Below, piece by piece: positions 23,555 through 36,940 of a stretch of 64,000 bases of DNA (positions are counted from its first letter, which is position 1; every line of letters starts with the position of its first letter). The DNA comes from Phyllosticta citribraziliensis. Its lineage: Eukaryota. The stretch covers positions 1-64,000 of the forward strand of contig NW_027117345.1 of the NCBI RefSeq assembly GCF_038025025.1, read 5' to 3'. The position numbers and the translations under genes are program-made. The notes beneath the pieces were generated by a model that did not search any database, was not told the DNA's origin, and saw nothing but the letters and a program-made list of their open reading frames with translations.

Positions 23555-26500
23555 TCAATTCCGGTTGCGCGGAGCGGCCTCCGCCGACTTCTCCCTGACC
23601 TCGTCCAAGATGAGGTGCCTGGCCTGCTCGACGCCGTCCTTGGAGCCGACAATCTCGATGGCCTCGTTGCCATCGCCGCCGCGAGGCACCTGGATCTTGG
23701 TGCCCGTCTTCTTGCGGATGCGGTTGATGGTGGATCCGCCGGTGCCGACGACGAAGCGGTACAGCGAGGGGTTGGACAAGATGAGGTAGCCCGTCGAAGA
23801 GGGCTTGCTCTTGTCATCCATGGCCTTTTGCAGGCGCGCCTTGGCTTCGGCGACATTGTCGGCGCTGCCGCGCAGGATCCAGGGAATGGTGCCGTTTTCG
23901 CCATCGTCCGATGCAGGCAGGCTGTCCACAATCTCCCAAGCGTGAGAAAGCTGGTCCTTGCCTTCCTCGGGCTCGTCAGTGATCAGAGGCAGATCACCAC
24001 CGTTGGCGCGAACGTTGTTGGCACCCGCTGTCGTGGGCCTTGGCGGAGGCTGCTGGCCAGCGTGGTCGACAGTGACCTTCAAGTCGTTGCGGAGGCGGCG
24101 GAAGAATTGGCCATTGTCAGCGATGACGTGGTGCAGACGCCTAGGGACGTCGACGGTCTCGCCTTCCTGCTCCTTAATGAGGGTTTTGATGTGCTCCTTG
24201 GCCTTTTCGACATCGGCCGGCTGGCCAATGATCTTGACCTGGCTTCTGGCGGCACCAGTGGCGGATTGCCTGGGAACATCCAGGGTGACGCTGAACTTGG
24301 ACTCGAGATTTCTGCGGGTGTCACCACCACGGCCAATCAGGAGACGGTGCTTCTCGGGGGCAATCTCGAGAGTCTCGGTGACTTGGCTCGCCCGGTCGTT
24401 CACGAGCTGCTCAATCGAGGCAATAATCTTGTCGGCGACGGCAGCGGGGCCTTCGACGCGAATGGTGCTGCCCTCGGCATCAGGGGGCGGGAAGCGGACC
24501 ATGCGGGCAAGCTCGCGGCGGTCATCGGGACCACCAGCCTTAACGACAATGTCGCGAATGTTGGCACCTGTTGCATGTCAGAAATGTTCTTTCGATTTTC
24601 ACGTGGCCAACTTACCAGAAGTGCCAATCAGAGCCTTGTGGTACTTCTTGTCCACGTCAACGGTGCGGACGACAGTCTCGTCAAAGACCTTGGCCTTTTG
24701 CTCGAGAAGCTTCTTCGCGTCCTCGACCTGCTTCTTCGTTCCCTTGATCTTGATCTCGGCACGGCCAGAGGATTCGGCAGCCTCGCGAGCGTTGGGCACG
24801 TCAATCTGGGCGCCGGTGGTGGAGCGCAGAGCATCCATCTCCCTGCCACCAGCACCAATGAGCGACGGGACCTGGTTTTGCGCAACAGAGACGGTCGCCG
24901 TGTGCGAGTTGTCAATGGTGTACTGGAGAAGCTCGAGAAGCTCCTCGCGAGCCGCATCAGCGCCCCTCTTGGGACCCCTGACGACAACCTCATCCGGCGC
25001 CTGGCGACGACCGGGCTGCTCAGCCTCGGCTTCTCCGCTCTCCTCGGGCACTGAGGCGCGGGGGAAGTTGATGCGCACGTTGTAGCGGTCCTGCAGGCGG
25101 TTGACTTGGCTGCCCTTGCCTCCAATGAGGTCGCGGTGGTATTGAGGCTTGATCTTCAAGATGTGGGTAGCTTCGTCTTCGAGCTTCTTGCGCAGAGCAA
25201 TGACGTGGCTCTTTGCCGCGTCCGCCTTGGCCTGCGGACCCGTAATCTCGACCTTGCCATCTTGGACTTGGATCTCGACATCGAATTCGTCGCGGATCTT
25301 CTTGATGTTCTCGCCACGCTTGCCAATGAGGACGTTGGCGAACTTTTGCGGGTACTCAAACTCGACTTTGTAGCCGCGCTCAAGCTCATCCTTCTTCTCC
25401 TGCTCGACGAATGCCAGGATCTTGTCGGAAAGGCCGTTGACAGACTGGTTCGGTCCGCGCAAGAAGAGGTTATCCCTGGAGGAGCGCGAGCCTTGCGGAC
25501 GAGCATCGCCAAACAACACCTGGACGGGAATCTGATCTTGCGGCAAGCTTTGCTGCTCGCGGTCAACGAAGCGGCGAATCTTGTCATGGAATCTGAAGGA
25601 GCTTAAGAGTCAGTACGTCTGTTTTGGTAAGATCAACTGTCGACTTACTTCTGGGAAGCCTCAAGGTCGCGGCCGACAATCTCGTCCTTGCCATTGACCA
25701 TGGAGGAAATCTTTTGCTGCGCCTGCTGGAGAGCACGCTGGAAAGCCTGGACTTCGGCAGCAGAAGGTTGGCCGCGAGGCAGCTGGTATTCCGAAGGGGC
25801 AGTGGGTCCTTCGTAAACGAGGACGATTTGAGATGACTCTGGATTTTCGTCAGGGAACACAAGGTGCACACCAATGTCGTTACGCAGACTCTGCGCTGCA
25901 CGCTGGCGCAAGTGCTGGTGGTAAAAGGGGTCGACATCCATGTTTGCAAGTCTAGTGGGAGGATGACCATAGACGAGAGCCAGGATGTCTTCCTGGGCAG
26001 TCATGCCATTCCTGGGGTCCTTGGAGTAGATTTGCCAAACTGTTTGACGATCGGTGGAGCCGGGGAGCACGATGGTGATGTCGTCTTTGCCTTGCTCTGC
26101 GTACTTGTTCTTGAGCTGAGCAATGGCATTACGCTGCCTCAGGTATCTGGTCAGGGCAAGAGCGTGGCTGTTGGAGTTGTTGTGGTGCTCAGCAATGTCG
26201 ACATCCATGGCCTGCTTCGCGAACGCTTGGTCGATGACCTTGTTGACACCCAAGTCGATCTTGTCGGCAGGGCCAACGATGGTGACATTTTTGCTGTTGT
26301 CATGGCTTGGGGGGAGAATGACGGTGCATCCAGTTTCCTTCAAAAACCTGTCCAGAGGCATGCTGTTGTCGTCGATGATGAATTGATGACGGCGACGGTC
26401 AATGAGTTGTTGCCTGATTGTGAGCTGGCGGCGGAGCTCCTCGACTCGGCGCTCGATATCAGCGCGAGCTTCCTGGGCTGCACCACGGTCACCAGAAATC

Positions 26501-27718
26501 TTGATAGGGAAGGAGGCCTGAGGAGCAAATGGCACAGGCTCGCCCTGGGTTGCCGACTGGGGTGGGGCATGCTCTTTCCAAGTGTAATACGTAGGAATCT
26601 GGACGCGAATGTCGCGACCATTTTCCAAAGAACCAATACGAGAGTTCTCAGGGCCGGCCAAAAAGGGGTAATACTCGGCGGGGATGTCCTTCAGACGGAG
26701 GTCAACGCTCGAAGTGCGCTCGTCGACGATACGCTCAATCTCGCGTGTAGCCAAAGCGGCGGCGACAGTGTCACCCTCGATAATGACATCCACAGTCGCA
26801 TCCTCGTCTTCGGTCGCTCCGTTCTCGTCTTGCTTGGGAACCTGGATACGAGCGCCAGTCCTCTTGCTGATGCCTTGGATCGTGGTACCTTGACGACCAA
26901 TGACGTGAGCGCGGATCGACGCCGGAATCGTGACCTTGTTGACTTGCTGCAAAATTGTCAGATCAGTCTACCTTATGCGGAGGTGAACTTACCTTGGAAC
27001 CAATTTCCTTGGCAACCTCCCTCAAAGCCTCACGGACAGCTTCGGTGGGACCAGAGCCCTGGAAAACATAGTTGCCGCCGGCGCCAGTCTTGAACTCAAT
27101 CCTGGCCTTGGACCTGCGGTTGATGTCCTTGATTATGTCTTGCAGGGGGCGTCTCATCTGCTGGCGAGGGATCATCTGGTGAGGGTGCAGCGTGATTGCC
27201 TCGACATGACGGCCGGGGAGATTCAGAATCTGGGGACCGGCAGCTCCAAGAGTAGGCGTGCCCGAGGTCGGGGTTGCGATTCCTGAGCCTGGCGTCGACG
27301 CGCGAGAAATTCCATTGTTGGCCGGAAATCCATTGGAGCCGTTGGCATTGACAGAAGCGGGCTTGCGGCCCCAGGCAGAAGAGACAGCTGCTGGAGCGTG
27401 AGCCTTGGGTGCACCTAGGCCAGGGAACATTTCCTCCGATGCAATGTTCAGCGGCTGGTTTCCACCCGACTTCTTGGTAGGCTGGACCTCATTGTCTTGG
27501 GCCTTTTGCTTGCCGGCAGCCTTCTCAGACTGGGGGGCAGGCGAAGCAGCGCCATTGGCATCCGAGACGATGGCGGCAGCCGCATGCTTGAGGTCCTCCT
27601 CGTCGGGGACTTCCTCGACGGTCGGGCGGTGGGACTCATCGTGCTTCGCCTCGAGCTTTTGAGCAGGAGTCTGGACGGGACCACCGTTGGTGGAGGCTTC
27701 AGCAGTAGCAGCAGACAT
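23555..27718 (-). CDS. SCP160: Vigilin / Scp160 multi-KH RNA-binding protein; introns 26947-26992, 25593-25648, 24568-24615
   Basis: Many KH GxxG motifs (VIGRQG, LIGKRG, LIGGKG, LIGAGG, LIGRGG, VVGTGG) and N-terminal EEMFPGLG; the introns join four ORFs in frame. Confidence 0.95.
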
Positions 27719-29280
27719 TGTTGACCGGTAGAGTTGCCAAGCGGGCGACGGCGGTAGACGTGAAGAGGGTGGTCGAAGTGCTTCAACGAGCGCTCAGTGC
27801 GGACGGGTCGATGGGGCAGTTGCCAGAGCGGCTGCGAGGACAGGGAAGTTAGCGGTGGAAGCTATGCAGGCAGACGAAAAGGACGCGTAGGGTCGGGGCA
27901 TACAGAAGAGTTGAAGCAGGGGAAAATGTTGAAAGGCGGAGGGGGCAGTGAGGGAGAGCGGACGCAAGGCACGGGCGCGCTTCTGGAATTGCAAAGACGA
28001 CAGCAGGCGGGCACAATCCCGTGATTGGGCAGCCGATAATGGGGACTGAAGGAGAAGCAAGAGAGGAGAGAGCAGAGCAGCGGTGGTGGTGCTGGGGTAG
28101 AGGGAGAGTCCGAGGGAGACGGTTCCCTGCAGCGGTCTCGACTGGAAAGTTCGAGGTGGAGGGACTCGATTGGCTGGAGCGGCGAGCTCAGCCCTGCGGG
28201 GGCTCAATGCACGTACGTACCTGGGGTGATGCGAGAGCTGGGGATGATCCTGCGCGAGAGCACGACAGGACGATCAGAGGTGGTGTAGCGGACGCGGCGG
28301 GTGGTGAAGAAGTCGAGGAGGGAGGCGTGAAGCTGGTGAAGAAAGGAAAGTGAAAGGAAGCGTGGGGTGCCGTCGACATATGAGAGCTTCACCGCACGCA
28401 CAACACGGGGCACGGGCCACGGCAGCACCACCTCAACACCATCGAACCGGACCTGCACCAGACTTCGTCGACCCGTTCAACAATCGCCCTCTTCAGTTTG
28501 CACCCAATTGCTCGTCATCCGCCCTCCCCACAACCGAACCCCACAGGCACGCGCCCCCCGACGCGGATGCTTGCGCGCCGAGCCGGGCGCGTTCCTGGCC
28601 GAACCAAGGGTCCCGGCATCCCGACACGCAAGTACCCTGCACTCATCAAGACAAAGCATTCATTCTCTGGATTGTTGATTGTGTGCTCTATCGTACATCA
28701 CCCGCCCGCCTCGACCACTTCTCCTCAACAACCAAAATCTCTGCTCCAGCTGCCACGGCCCCAACGGACCCGGCTTGCCTTGCAATGTCCAGGTGCCCCA
28801 GATGCAATGCAAAGCGAAATTTCAGCCAATGCACCCCGGACTCCAATGCCAAGTACCGCTGAGAACGAAAATCCCTACTTGAATCGCAAAGGAAAAAGAA
28901 CAGCTCGGATAATACATGAGATGAAACAAAAGGACCGAGACCAACGCTTCGCAAATACGTCTCGGTCTCTTGTCAAACCCGCTGGCGATGAAAGGAATGA
29001 CGCAAGAGCATGCAGAAACTGACAAACGAGCCCCAGGTCAGTGCTGAAGGATAGGAAATCTAATGGTGGGCTCGCAAGGAAAGGCCATGGAAATGCAAAG
29101 AGTGCAGCCAAGCTCCGCTGCGAAGCTTTCCAAGAAGACTGGCCTGGCCGAAGAAGGCAAACGGAAAAGATGGAAAGGGCCTAGTGGTGCATGCTGGTTG
29201 AAAATGGAAAAAGGCAAGCCAGCGCAATACAGTCGCCGTCAAGCTACACATCTCGTACTTTTCTTTCTGTCTACCTCGTC

Positions 29281-30899
29281 TTATCCTTTCAAAATCTCTC
29301 TCAGGTTGTCGGCAAAACCCAAATCGTACACATTGTCCACAGTCTCGAGGCTGTGGCACCGCTCCCAACTCTCTGGGTCGACACCTTCCAGCTCGGGCGG
29401 CAGAGGATCGCGCGGGAGCTCGCCGTTCTCGGTTCTGACAAGTACCTGACGCGGCGCCAGAGGCCACATTTCGCCTCCGACTACCGTGCTGTACGGATAC
29501 TTGATCTCCGGTGGTTCTGGCGTGTAGTCGTCCCAGTTTTTCTCTGTTGGGGTAGACCGATTCGATGCCGCCCGTCGACCCATGGTTGAGTTTGAAGTGG
29601 CGTCGCCATTCGGAGACATGGACCAGCCCAATTCTGCATAGCTGTTAGACGTGGCGCGTGCGTGGCCGTGGCCGCCGCGATAGGAGGGGGAGCGGCCTCG
29701 GGGCGTACCGGCACCGGATCCGCCGCGGGAGGATGCTGGCGCGTGGCATGTGGACGAGTACTGAGACGACGGTCGAAGTCGCCCAATGTAGACGTTGCCC
29801 TCGCGCATCTGGTCCCGCCAGTCGGCCCATTTGTTGGCCTCGTTGGTCGTCATACCAGCCCAAACCAGGTACACGTGGTAGGCAAGCAGGCCGAGCGGGA
29901 GCGGCCAGGTCATGGCCGCAAGCAGCCCAACGCCAAGCACGGAGATGCCGCCCACAGCAATCGACTCAACCATGACCGTGTTGAGATCCTCGCGAAATCC
30001 CTTGAGACGCAGTGGCCAAGGAGCCCATGCTGATAACAGGCCTGCGGGAAAGGCGTGGTCGTAGTGTGTGAAGCGGTCGTGAACGCGCGGGTAGAGGTAG
30101 ACAATGAGCGCCAGATAGGCACCATAGAGCAACAAAACTGCCGTGGATGCCAGGAGTGCCAGGAACCAGCGGTAGTTCTCCCGGCCGAGACAATTGTTGA
30201 CCCAAATACAGTGGTGGTCAGCGCGCGCAACGCACGTCCCACAAATGCTGCAATGTTTGCTTCGCGCTGGCTTCGGCAGTCGACATGTCCGGCAGAAGAT
30301 GTTCGGATGGAAAAGTATGCGGTCGTAGGGGTACGCGGCGACCTGGGCGCTGTGGTTGGAATGCGTGACGACGGTGTTTGGTAATGTCCGCGAGGAGAGG
30401 TACGTAAAGCCGTATGGCAACGGGAGGAGGAGCGGAATGAGGAGGCGGTGCCAGGCAGCAAAGGTCGTGTACGTCTGGAAAAGGAGAAGGGTGGAGGAGA
30501 TGGTGAGGAGACCGAGGAAGAAGATCTAGGGTCGCTGTCAGCGCATTTCAATGGTTGGGGGATCAGGGTCAGGGTCAGGGTGACGCACAATGACCAGGGG
30601 GTGCTTCTCATAAAGGAGATAGTTCCAGGTACGACTGCTGTACCTGTATATGCGGCCGCCCGTGACAGCGGAGTCGATGCGACGGAGCAGAGCGGGGAAG
30701 TACTGCCATATCAAGCGGTGGAGGAATCCTATGGGGGTTTTCCTGTTGGCAAGCGAATCGCGTCAGCCACGGTTTCAGAGTGCGGATCCGAGGGGAGGGA
30801 GTCGTACCGGAAGACGGGCAGACGACCGAAGAAGACGGTGAAGACGAGAAACGACAAGACGAGGACGGCGATGACGATGTGGCGGAGGAGGGGCTCCAT
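29281..30899 (-). CDS. SWF1: DHHC palmitoyltransferase Swf1, 3 exons
   Basis: N-terminus MEPLLRHIVIAVLVLSFLVFTVFFGRLP, CRTC..PKPARSKHCSIC..CVARADHHCIWVNNCLG, GMTTNE..KW and C-terminal NVYDLGFADNL. Confidence 0.92.
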
Positions 30900-31393
30900 G
30901 ACTTTGGAAGCACAACAGGGCGGGCGGGGGGTGGATCAGTGCAGCATGGCGTGGGGGGGGGAGCAGACTGGGGTGTGCAGCGACGAGTCGAGACGAAGGG
31001 CGGAGACGAGGTCGTAAAGAAGAGAGTCAGGTCGGGGGAGGAGGAGACGGGGGACGGCCGTGGTAAAAGAAATGGGAGACGGAGTGGTAGTTGAACTGGC
31101 AAGTGTCACTATAACGCGAGAGTGTATCATCCTAATAGCCGCGAAATGACCAAGACCCCCCAAGCCACAATCAGAGGGCCTGGGAGCCTTGGAGCCTCGG
31201 AGCCTGGGAGCCTGGCCGCTCTGCTAGAAGGAGGCTTGGAGCCCGAGCCCCGACCCGGACCCCGACCTGACCCGGCGGGGGCCGCCTGCCTGCCCGTCGG
31301 CACTTCCTCGGCCCTGTGGGCCCGCGTCGGCGTCATTCACGTCGACGCGTCTTCCCAACCCTCGCCTGCTCTGCGACAACCCTCTCCGGCGCC

Positions 31394-34300
31394 ATGATTG
31401 TCATCACCGACGTCTCCAAGGAGCCTCCCATCAAAGGCGACCTTTTCGCTGGTCTCCAGTTCTGGATCTCTCAGCGCTGCCCCAACAGAATCGATCTCGT
31501 CAAGCGCGTCAAATACAACGGCGGCGAAGTCGTGCTCAATGAAAAACTCGCCCAATATCTCATTGCCGACCATGAACGCGGCAGCCTTCCCAGCGGCTCC
31601 ATTTCGTATCGCTTCATTCTCGACTCGGTCGACAACCAGCAGCTCGAGGACGTGGAGAATCACCGTTGTGGACCGCCCGTTGGCTCCGCCAGAACCACTG
31701 CTTCGGCTCGTCCACCACGACACGGGCGCGTGCCCTTTAGCGCCCAAGATGACATTGACCTGTATCGCTACGTGACAAGCTGCAAGAGAAAGAAGTGTCA
31801 TATCAACGGCAACGAAATTTACAAGGAATTCGCCAAACAAGTGCGCCGCAACTGCCCTTGACGTGTCCACTAGCTAACCGCTGTTGCAGAATCCGCGCCA
31901 TTCCTTCCAATCATGGAGAGACCGCTACGTGAAGCATCTCAGCGTGAAGCCTCCTCTAGGAGCCTCAAGACTCACGCCGTCACCAGAGCCCGGACCCTCG
32001 GAATCCCATACAAACACAAATGACCAGAAAACTCTGTCCGAGACCTCGACCAAGCCGTCGAACAAGTCTCCTGCAGGAGCTTCAAGACCTAATCCATTGC
32101 TCGAACCGCGAGCCTTGGAATCCCCTGCAAACACAAATGGCGAGAAGGCTGCGATCGGGACCTTGGCCGAGTCGTCCGACAAGCCTGTTGTGGAAGCTTC
32201 GAGACCCAGTCCCTCGCTCGAGCCACGATCACGGCCCTCAGAATCTCCTACAAATACCAGTGGCAAGAAGGCTGCAACGAGAGCCTCGGCCGAGTTGTCT
32301 TACAAGCCTCCTGTAGGAGCTTCAAGAACTACGCCCGCATCGGAACCAAGAACTTCAGCTTCTCCTGCGAAAACAACTCCCCAAAATGACACTACCTTTA
32401 CCTCGAAAAGGTCGTCCAACTCGGCCCCGCAACTGAAAAGAATCTCGTTCGGAGGTTCGCCCTCCGCCATCGACAAGCTGTGCCCGGATCTGCCGGCGGT
32501 GGTCGATCAGTTCCACCTCGGGGACTTTGATGGACTGACTGGCGCGGGACAAATGATTGAGGAATGTGTGGCAGACAATAATCAGGCCTGGATCGGTCTT
32601 GCGCGCGAGCATGGGGATCATACAGCAGAGCAATGGCGTACGTTTTGGGAAGATTGTGTCAGGCCAATCTACCGACAGGTTGGAGAGAGCCAGACAAAGG
32701 CGCAAATTTACGACCAGGCTCAGAAAGAATGGGAAGCTAAGATGGGTGCTGATGCAAGCGTTCGGGAATGGGTCAGCTACTTTCGTAAAGAACTTGCACC
32801 GAGACTGCGCGAGTTGCCAACCACGCCAAACAAAGAGCAGACGAACGGGCATACAGGCGAGCGACAGGTGGAGGATTTAAAAGTCAACGGCGATGCACCG
32901 AATTCGGATCCTGGGAAAAGCGCACGCATTCCTTCCCCTCGGCGCAAGCATGAGAACGGAAGTTGGAATACGGATGGACACTATTCGTCTCCCGTCCAGA
33001 GTAGCTTAGGAAAACGGCAAAGAGGGAACGACTCGGACGCCGAAAATCAAAACGAAACTCCACCGGCCAAGAGACCACAGCTCGATATTCCTGAAGAAGA
33101 GTCCGAGGACAAGATCCATGACAGCATTGAGTTCTCGCCTTCAAAGAAGCTCGCTTCGAGTTCTCTCGGCGAGCGCAAGGTGATACAGATTGGGTTCGAG
33201 CGGTCTTCATCGTCGTCGTCGTCGTCGTCCGACTTGTTTGTGCGGGGTCCTAGCAAAGACAAGGGCCCTGAAGTGCAAGGCTCACCTAAAGTTGAACCAG
33301 AACAGGATGAGACTCAGGAAAATGAAGAAGGCGACATTTTCGAGGGATGGCAAGGCCATATCCGACGAACTCTCTGGGAACTTGACGACCAGAAAATCCT
33401 CGAACTCCTAGAGTTGCTTCGGACTGCGCCTTCGGCCCCGGAAGAACCTGACGACATGCTTCCGTTTGATGCTGCGGTGATGCGTACTGTCCACGTTTTA
33501 AGCACTACCGACCAGAGCGCGGCTCAGTGGCAAGCGTTCAAAGGTGTTTTGTTAGAAAAGCTGCAGGAATTGGGTATTCTTGCGCAGCTTTTGGAACACG
33601 ACGAGTCAGACGACGAGTCAGACGAAGGTGAAGAGGAAGACCAAGAGGAAGAGCTGAACGGTCTGAACGGTTACCAAGAGGAGCAGAATGAGAACCAGGA
33701 AGAGCACTTTGAGCATCAGGATGATCAGTACGAGCATCAGGAGCAGAACGAACCCCTCGGCGATCAGTACGAGCACGAGGAGCAATACGCGCCTCACGAC
33801 CAGCAGTATGAGCCCCAAGACGAGCAATACGGTCAGCATGACGAGCAGTCAGCTCTCGAGAACGGTGCAACAAATGGACAATTCGACTACGAGCCCACAA
33901 CAGTCCCAGAGTCGCCACTGCGCGAGGTTACGCCGCAGATAAACGATAGCAACGACTCCACCTTTACCTTTGTCGACTCCATCACCCAAATCGACGACGA
34001 GAACCCGTCCGACTACCCTATCGACCTGACCTCCGAGGCAGAGGCCCAAGCCTACATCACCTCGCGCCTCAGCCCGCCATGGGCGTTCAGCGAAGCCGAG
34101 ATCCTGATTGCGCTGCACGCAACATGCTCCAACAGCGCGGCGCTCGCTGACCGCGTGCTGCGCTGGATGCGGCAAAACGACCCGATCAAGGGCAAAGGCA
34201 AAGGCAAGGAGCGCAGTCGCGGTCGACGCAGCAGCATCGGCCCCAACGACAAGTTTCTGCCCGTCATGGCGGGCGTGTGGACGGGCGATGACGACGAGGC

Positions 34301-34403
34301 TATCGTGGGAATGGCGGGTCCAGAGGAGGAGGAGCGCATCGTGCGGAAGCATGGCGCGACGAGGTGCAAGCAGAGGAGGGCCTTTCTGATGAGTTTTGAG
34401 TAG
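31394..34403 (+). CDS. RAP1: Shelterin component Rap1 (BRCT, Myb, C-terminal RCT domain); intron 31841-31889
   Basis: BRCT LFAGLQFWISQRCP..GGEV..YRFILDS; Myb RVPFSAQDD..GNEIYKEFAKQNPRHSFQSWRDRYVKHL; RCT GVWTGDDDE...KHG...RRAFL. Confidence 0.88.
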
Positions 34404-35005
34404 TGGCAAGTCGCGCGGTGAGTGGTAAGGCAGGACGTGATGACGATGAATGACGGCCGTGGATCTGCTTCTTCTTCTTCTTCTTCTTCTTCCACGAGTG
34501 CTATTTTTTCCGGCGTTGGTGGAACATGGTAGCGGCACTTTTCGGCGCACAAATCGCGGCGGGACTGCTGGACTGGACGGCGGGAAAAGTGAAAGTTTGA
34601 CTACCCACTCTTGGGTGATGGAAGGCAAAGGTTTGCTGGATGGCGTTGCTTCTTCTTCTTTCTCTTACCCCTTTCTCATCTAGGTTCAATTTTCAACACT
34701 CGCGTCTCTCGAGATCAGGTCGTTGCCGTTTTCCTTCTTTTCTCTGTTTGGTGGCTGTGCACTGACTCTGTAGATTGGGGATGGTGGGAAGCAGCGGCGA
34801 CGTCTGCGACAAAGCCGGTGAGATTGTTCGGAATACTTACTGCCCAGTTTCTCAATCATGTTTCCGTTTTACCACTCGTTGTGGCCACGAAGGGCTTCCA
34901 CCGACAAACACCTGCCCGCAGCATCCAAGCCGTCCAGCAGAGTATAAAAGCGCGAAGGGAACGAGCGGGCACAGGAAGCGTTCGTACGTCGCGACTCCTA
35001 CTGAG

Positions 35006-36940
35006 ATGGCAAACAAACGGTACAACCTGCGGCGCCGACCGTAAGTGCTCCCCTGACGCAAATGTCTTCAAGTTGTAGTGCTGACCTCCCTCTGCAGCGG
35101 CGAGCGAGCGAATTCGGGAGATGCTGGACCACCGGCCGACAATGGAGAGCAGCCTGATTCGACTGGTCAAGTGTGAGTCGTCAAGGGTTGATGCACAGTA
35201 TGAGTGAGGTGTTTTTGACAGCGGCTTCTCTAGTGCCGAAGCATCGAGCGCGCGGCAGCCTGAGGAGCCTCCTCAAGCGCCACCCAAGAAGGGGAAGGCG
35301 AGAAGAAAGCCTGTGTAAGTCGTTCCCGAAGAATGCAGCCCGGATGGTCTGACAAACGATGGCTTTTCCAGTGCCGAAGAATCGAGTGTGCAACAAGCCA
35401 AAGCACCTTCTCAACAGGAGCCAGCTCAAGAGCCGCAGAAGAAGAAGAAGAAGAAGAAGAAGAAAAGGCCGAAGTGAGTGATGCAATCTATATTCGTTGA
35501 AAGCCGCCGAATGTAACATTTGCTCCATGCAGGGTGTCCAAGTGGGCTTCCCAAAGGGCCATGAATAAGATGGCATACAAGTCCGCTCCCCAGGCGACTA
35601 AACCCACTCGCAAGCCAAAGAGTGAGAAAATTTCTCGCGGGACAGAAAATGATCTCAATCCTTACGAGAAGTATCCGCATCTTTACGAGGAGCGGAAGAA
35701 CTCAAGGGCTTTTGTATTTAGCTCTTGCATTTTGCTGCAGCCAGAGCTGACTTTGCGCTAGGTTCGCCAGACGCAGACGCTCAGCTTCACTGATGACCTG
35801 CCCCCTGAGATTCGCCTCATGGTGTACCGGTATCTCCCTGGTATCGATGTTGACGTAATGGAAATATACCACTACGGCTTTCAAGGATCTGGCATGCGTG
35901 ATCTCAGATCACAGTGCCCGGCCTTCAAGATGATGCGTCTTTGTCGAATGATTTATACAGAGATAGGGCAAATCTTGTATGGCAAGATACTGAAATTCGC
36001 TGGACCATCTGCCTTTTTTGCCATGGGAGCCTTCATGTTTTCACACCAATCTTTGGCCTTCCAGAATGTGCGCCATATCATTGTAGAAGTGCCAGCACTT
36101 GATCTGGCTGGCCTCAATCGGGAATTGCGCGCGTCAAAGGATTTCCGGAAGATCATTCTCCCAGGCAATTTTTCTGTTTTGCGGTACAAATCGCGGGCGT
36201 GGAGCACCGCGATCGTTGCTTTTCAAAAGCAGTGTAGGTGGCTTCAACAATTGAAGAATCTTCATCGACTTGACCTTTACCTCAGCCACCAGCCATGCAA
36301 TCCCTGGCCCTTCGTTATCTCTGAACTGCCAGCTCCTTCCGGTCGACCAAGAGGGCCAATCGTTATGTCATGCAAGTGCAAAAGTCTCCCTCGATCCAAG
36401 GATCCGGTGCAACACGTGCGAGATCATCTCAATCCTGATTTCTGGCACGCGCTGGAAGAAATGAGAGCTGCGTTGCCCAACCTGCTCTTACGCATGGTGA
36501 TTACCTCTGCACAGCGGGAAAGGCTGCATCACTTACTGCGGACGAACATTCCATTTCATCCTGCCAAATTCTGCTTCAACACCTGGATGCTTCGAAGGGC
36601 AAGCACCATCGGTTGGGAGCTAGGTTGGGAAGACTCTGACCGCGGGGAATGGATCGTCGAACCGTTTAAACTGCCGCCTCTTTCGTCGCGCGACGAGGTG
36701 TACCATGGTTATATTCCACGCCCTCGCGAATATCGCAACTTACCGCCAGTGCGTAATAATTTTGGAAACCATGCCGCATATCTCGCGTGTCGAAGAATTC
36801 CTGCTGACGAAGAGTCGCGGTGCAATAACTTTTCAACGATCAGAGGCCTACTCCTGGGGAATCGGCAATTCGACATTCCCAGCGGCAGTTTGAATCTCGA
36901 GGGTCTTGAGGTCGATTCTGACGTACAGCAAGCCTTGTGA
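35006..36940 (+). CDS. F-box-like protein with a basic multi-exon N-terminus (about 6 exons)
   Basis: Exons from ATG 35006 splice in consistent phase into SFTDDLPPEIRLMVYRYL (F-box-like), then LCRMIYTEIGQILYG; poly-Lys NLS-like tracts are present. Confidence 0.7.

Noticed and set aside
23525..27093. Long plus-strand ORFs (509, 375 and 409 aa)
   Set aside because: Antisense shadows of the GC3-rich vigilin CDS.
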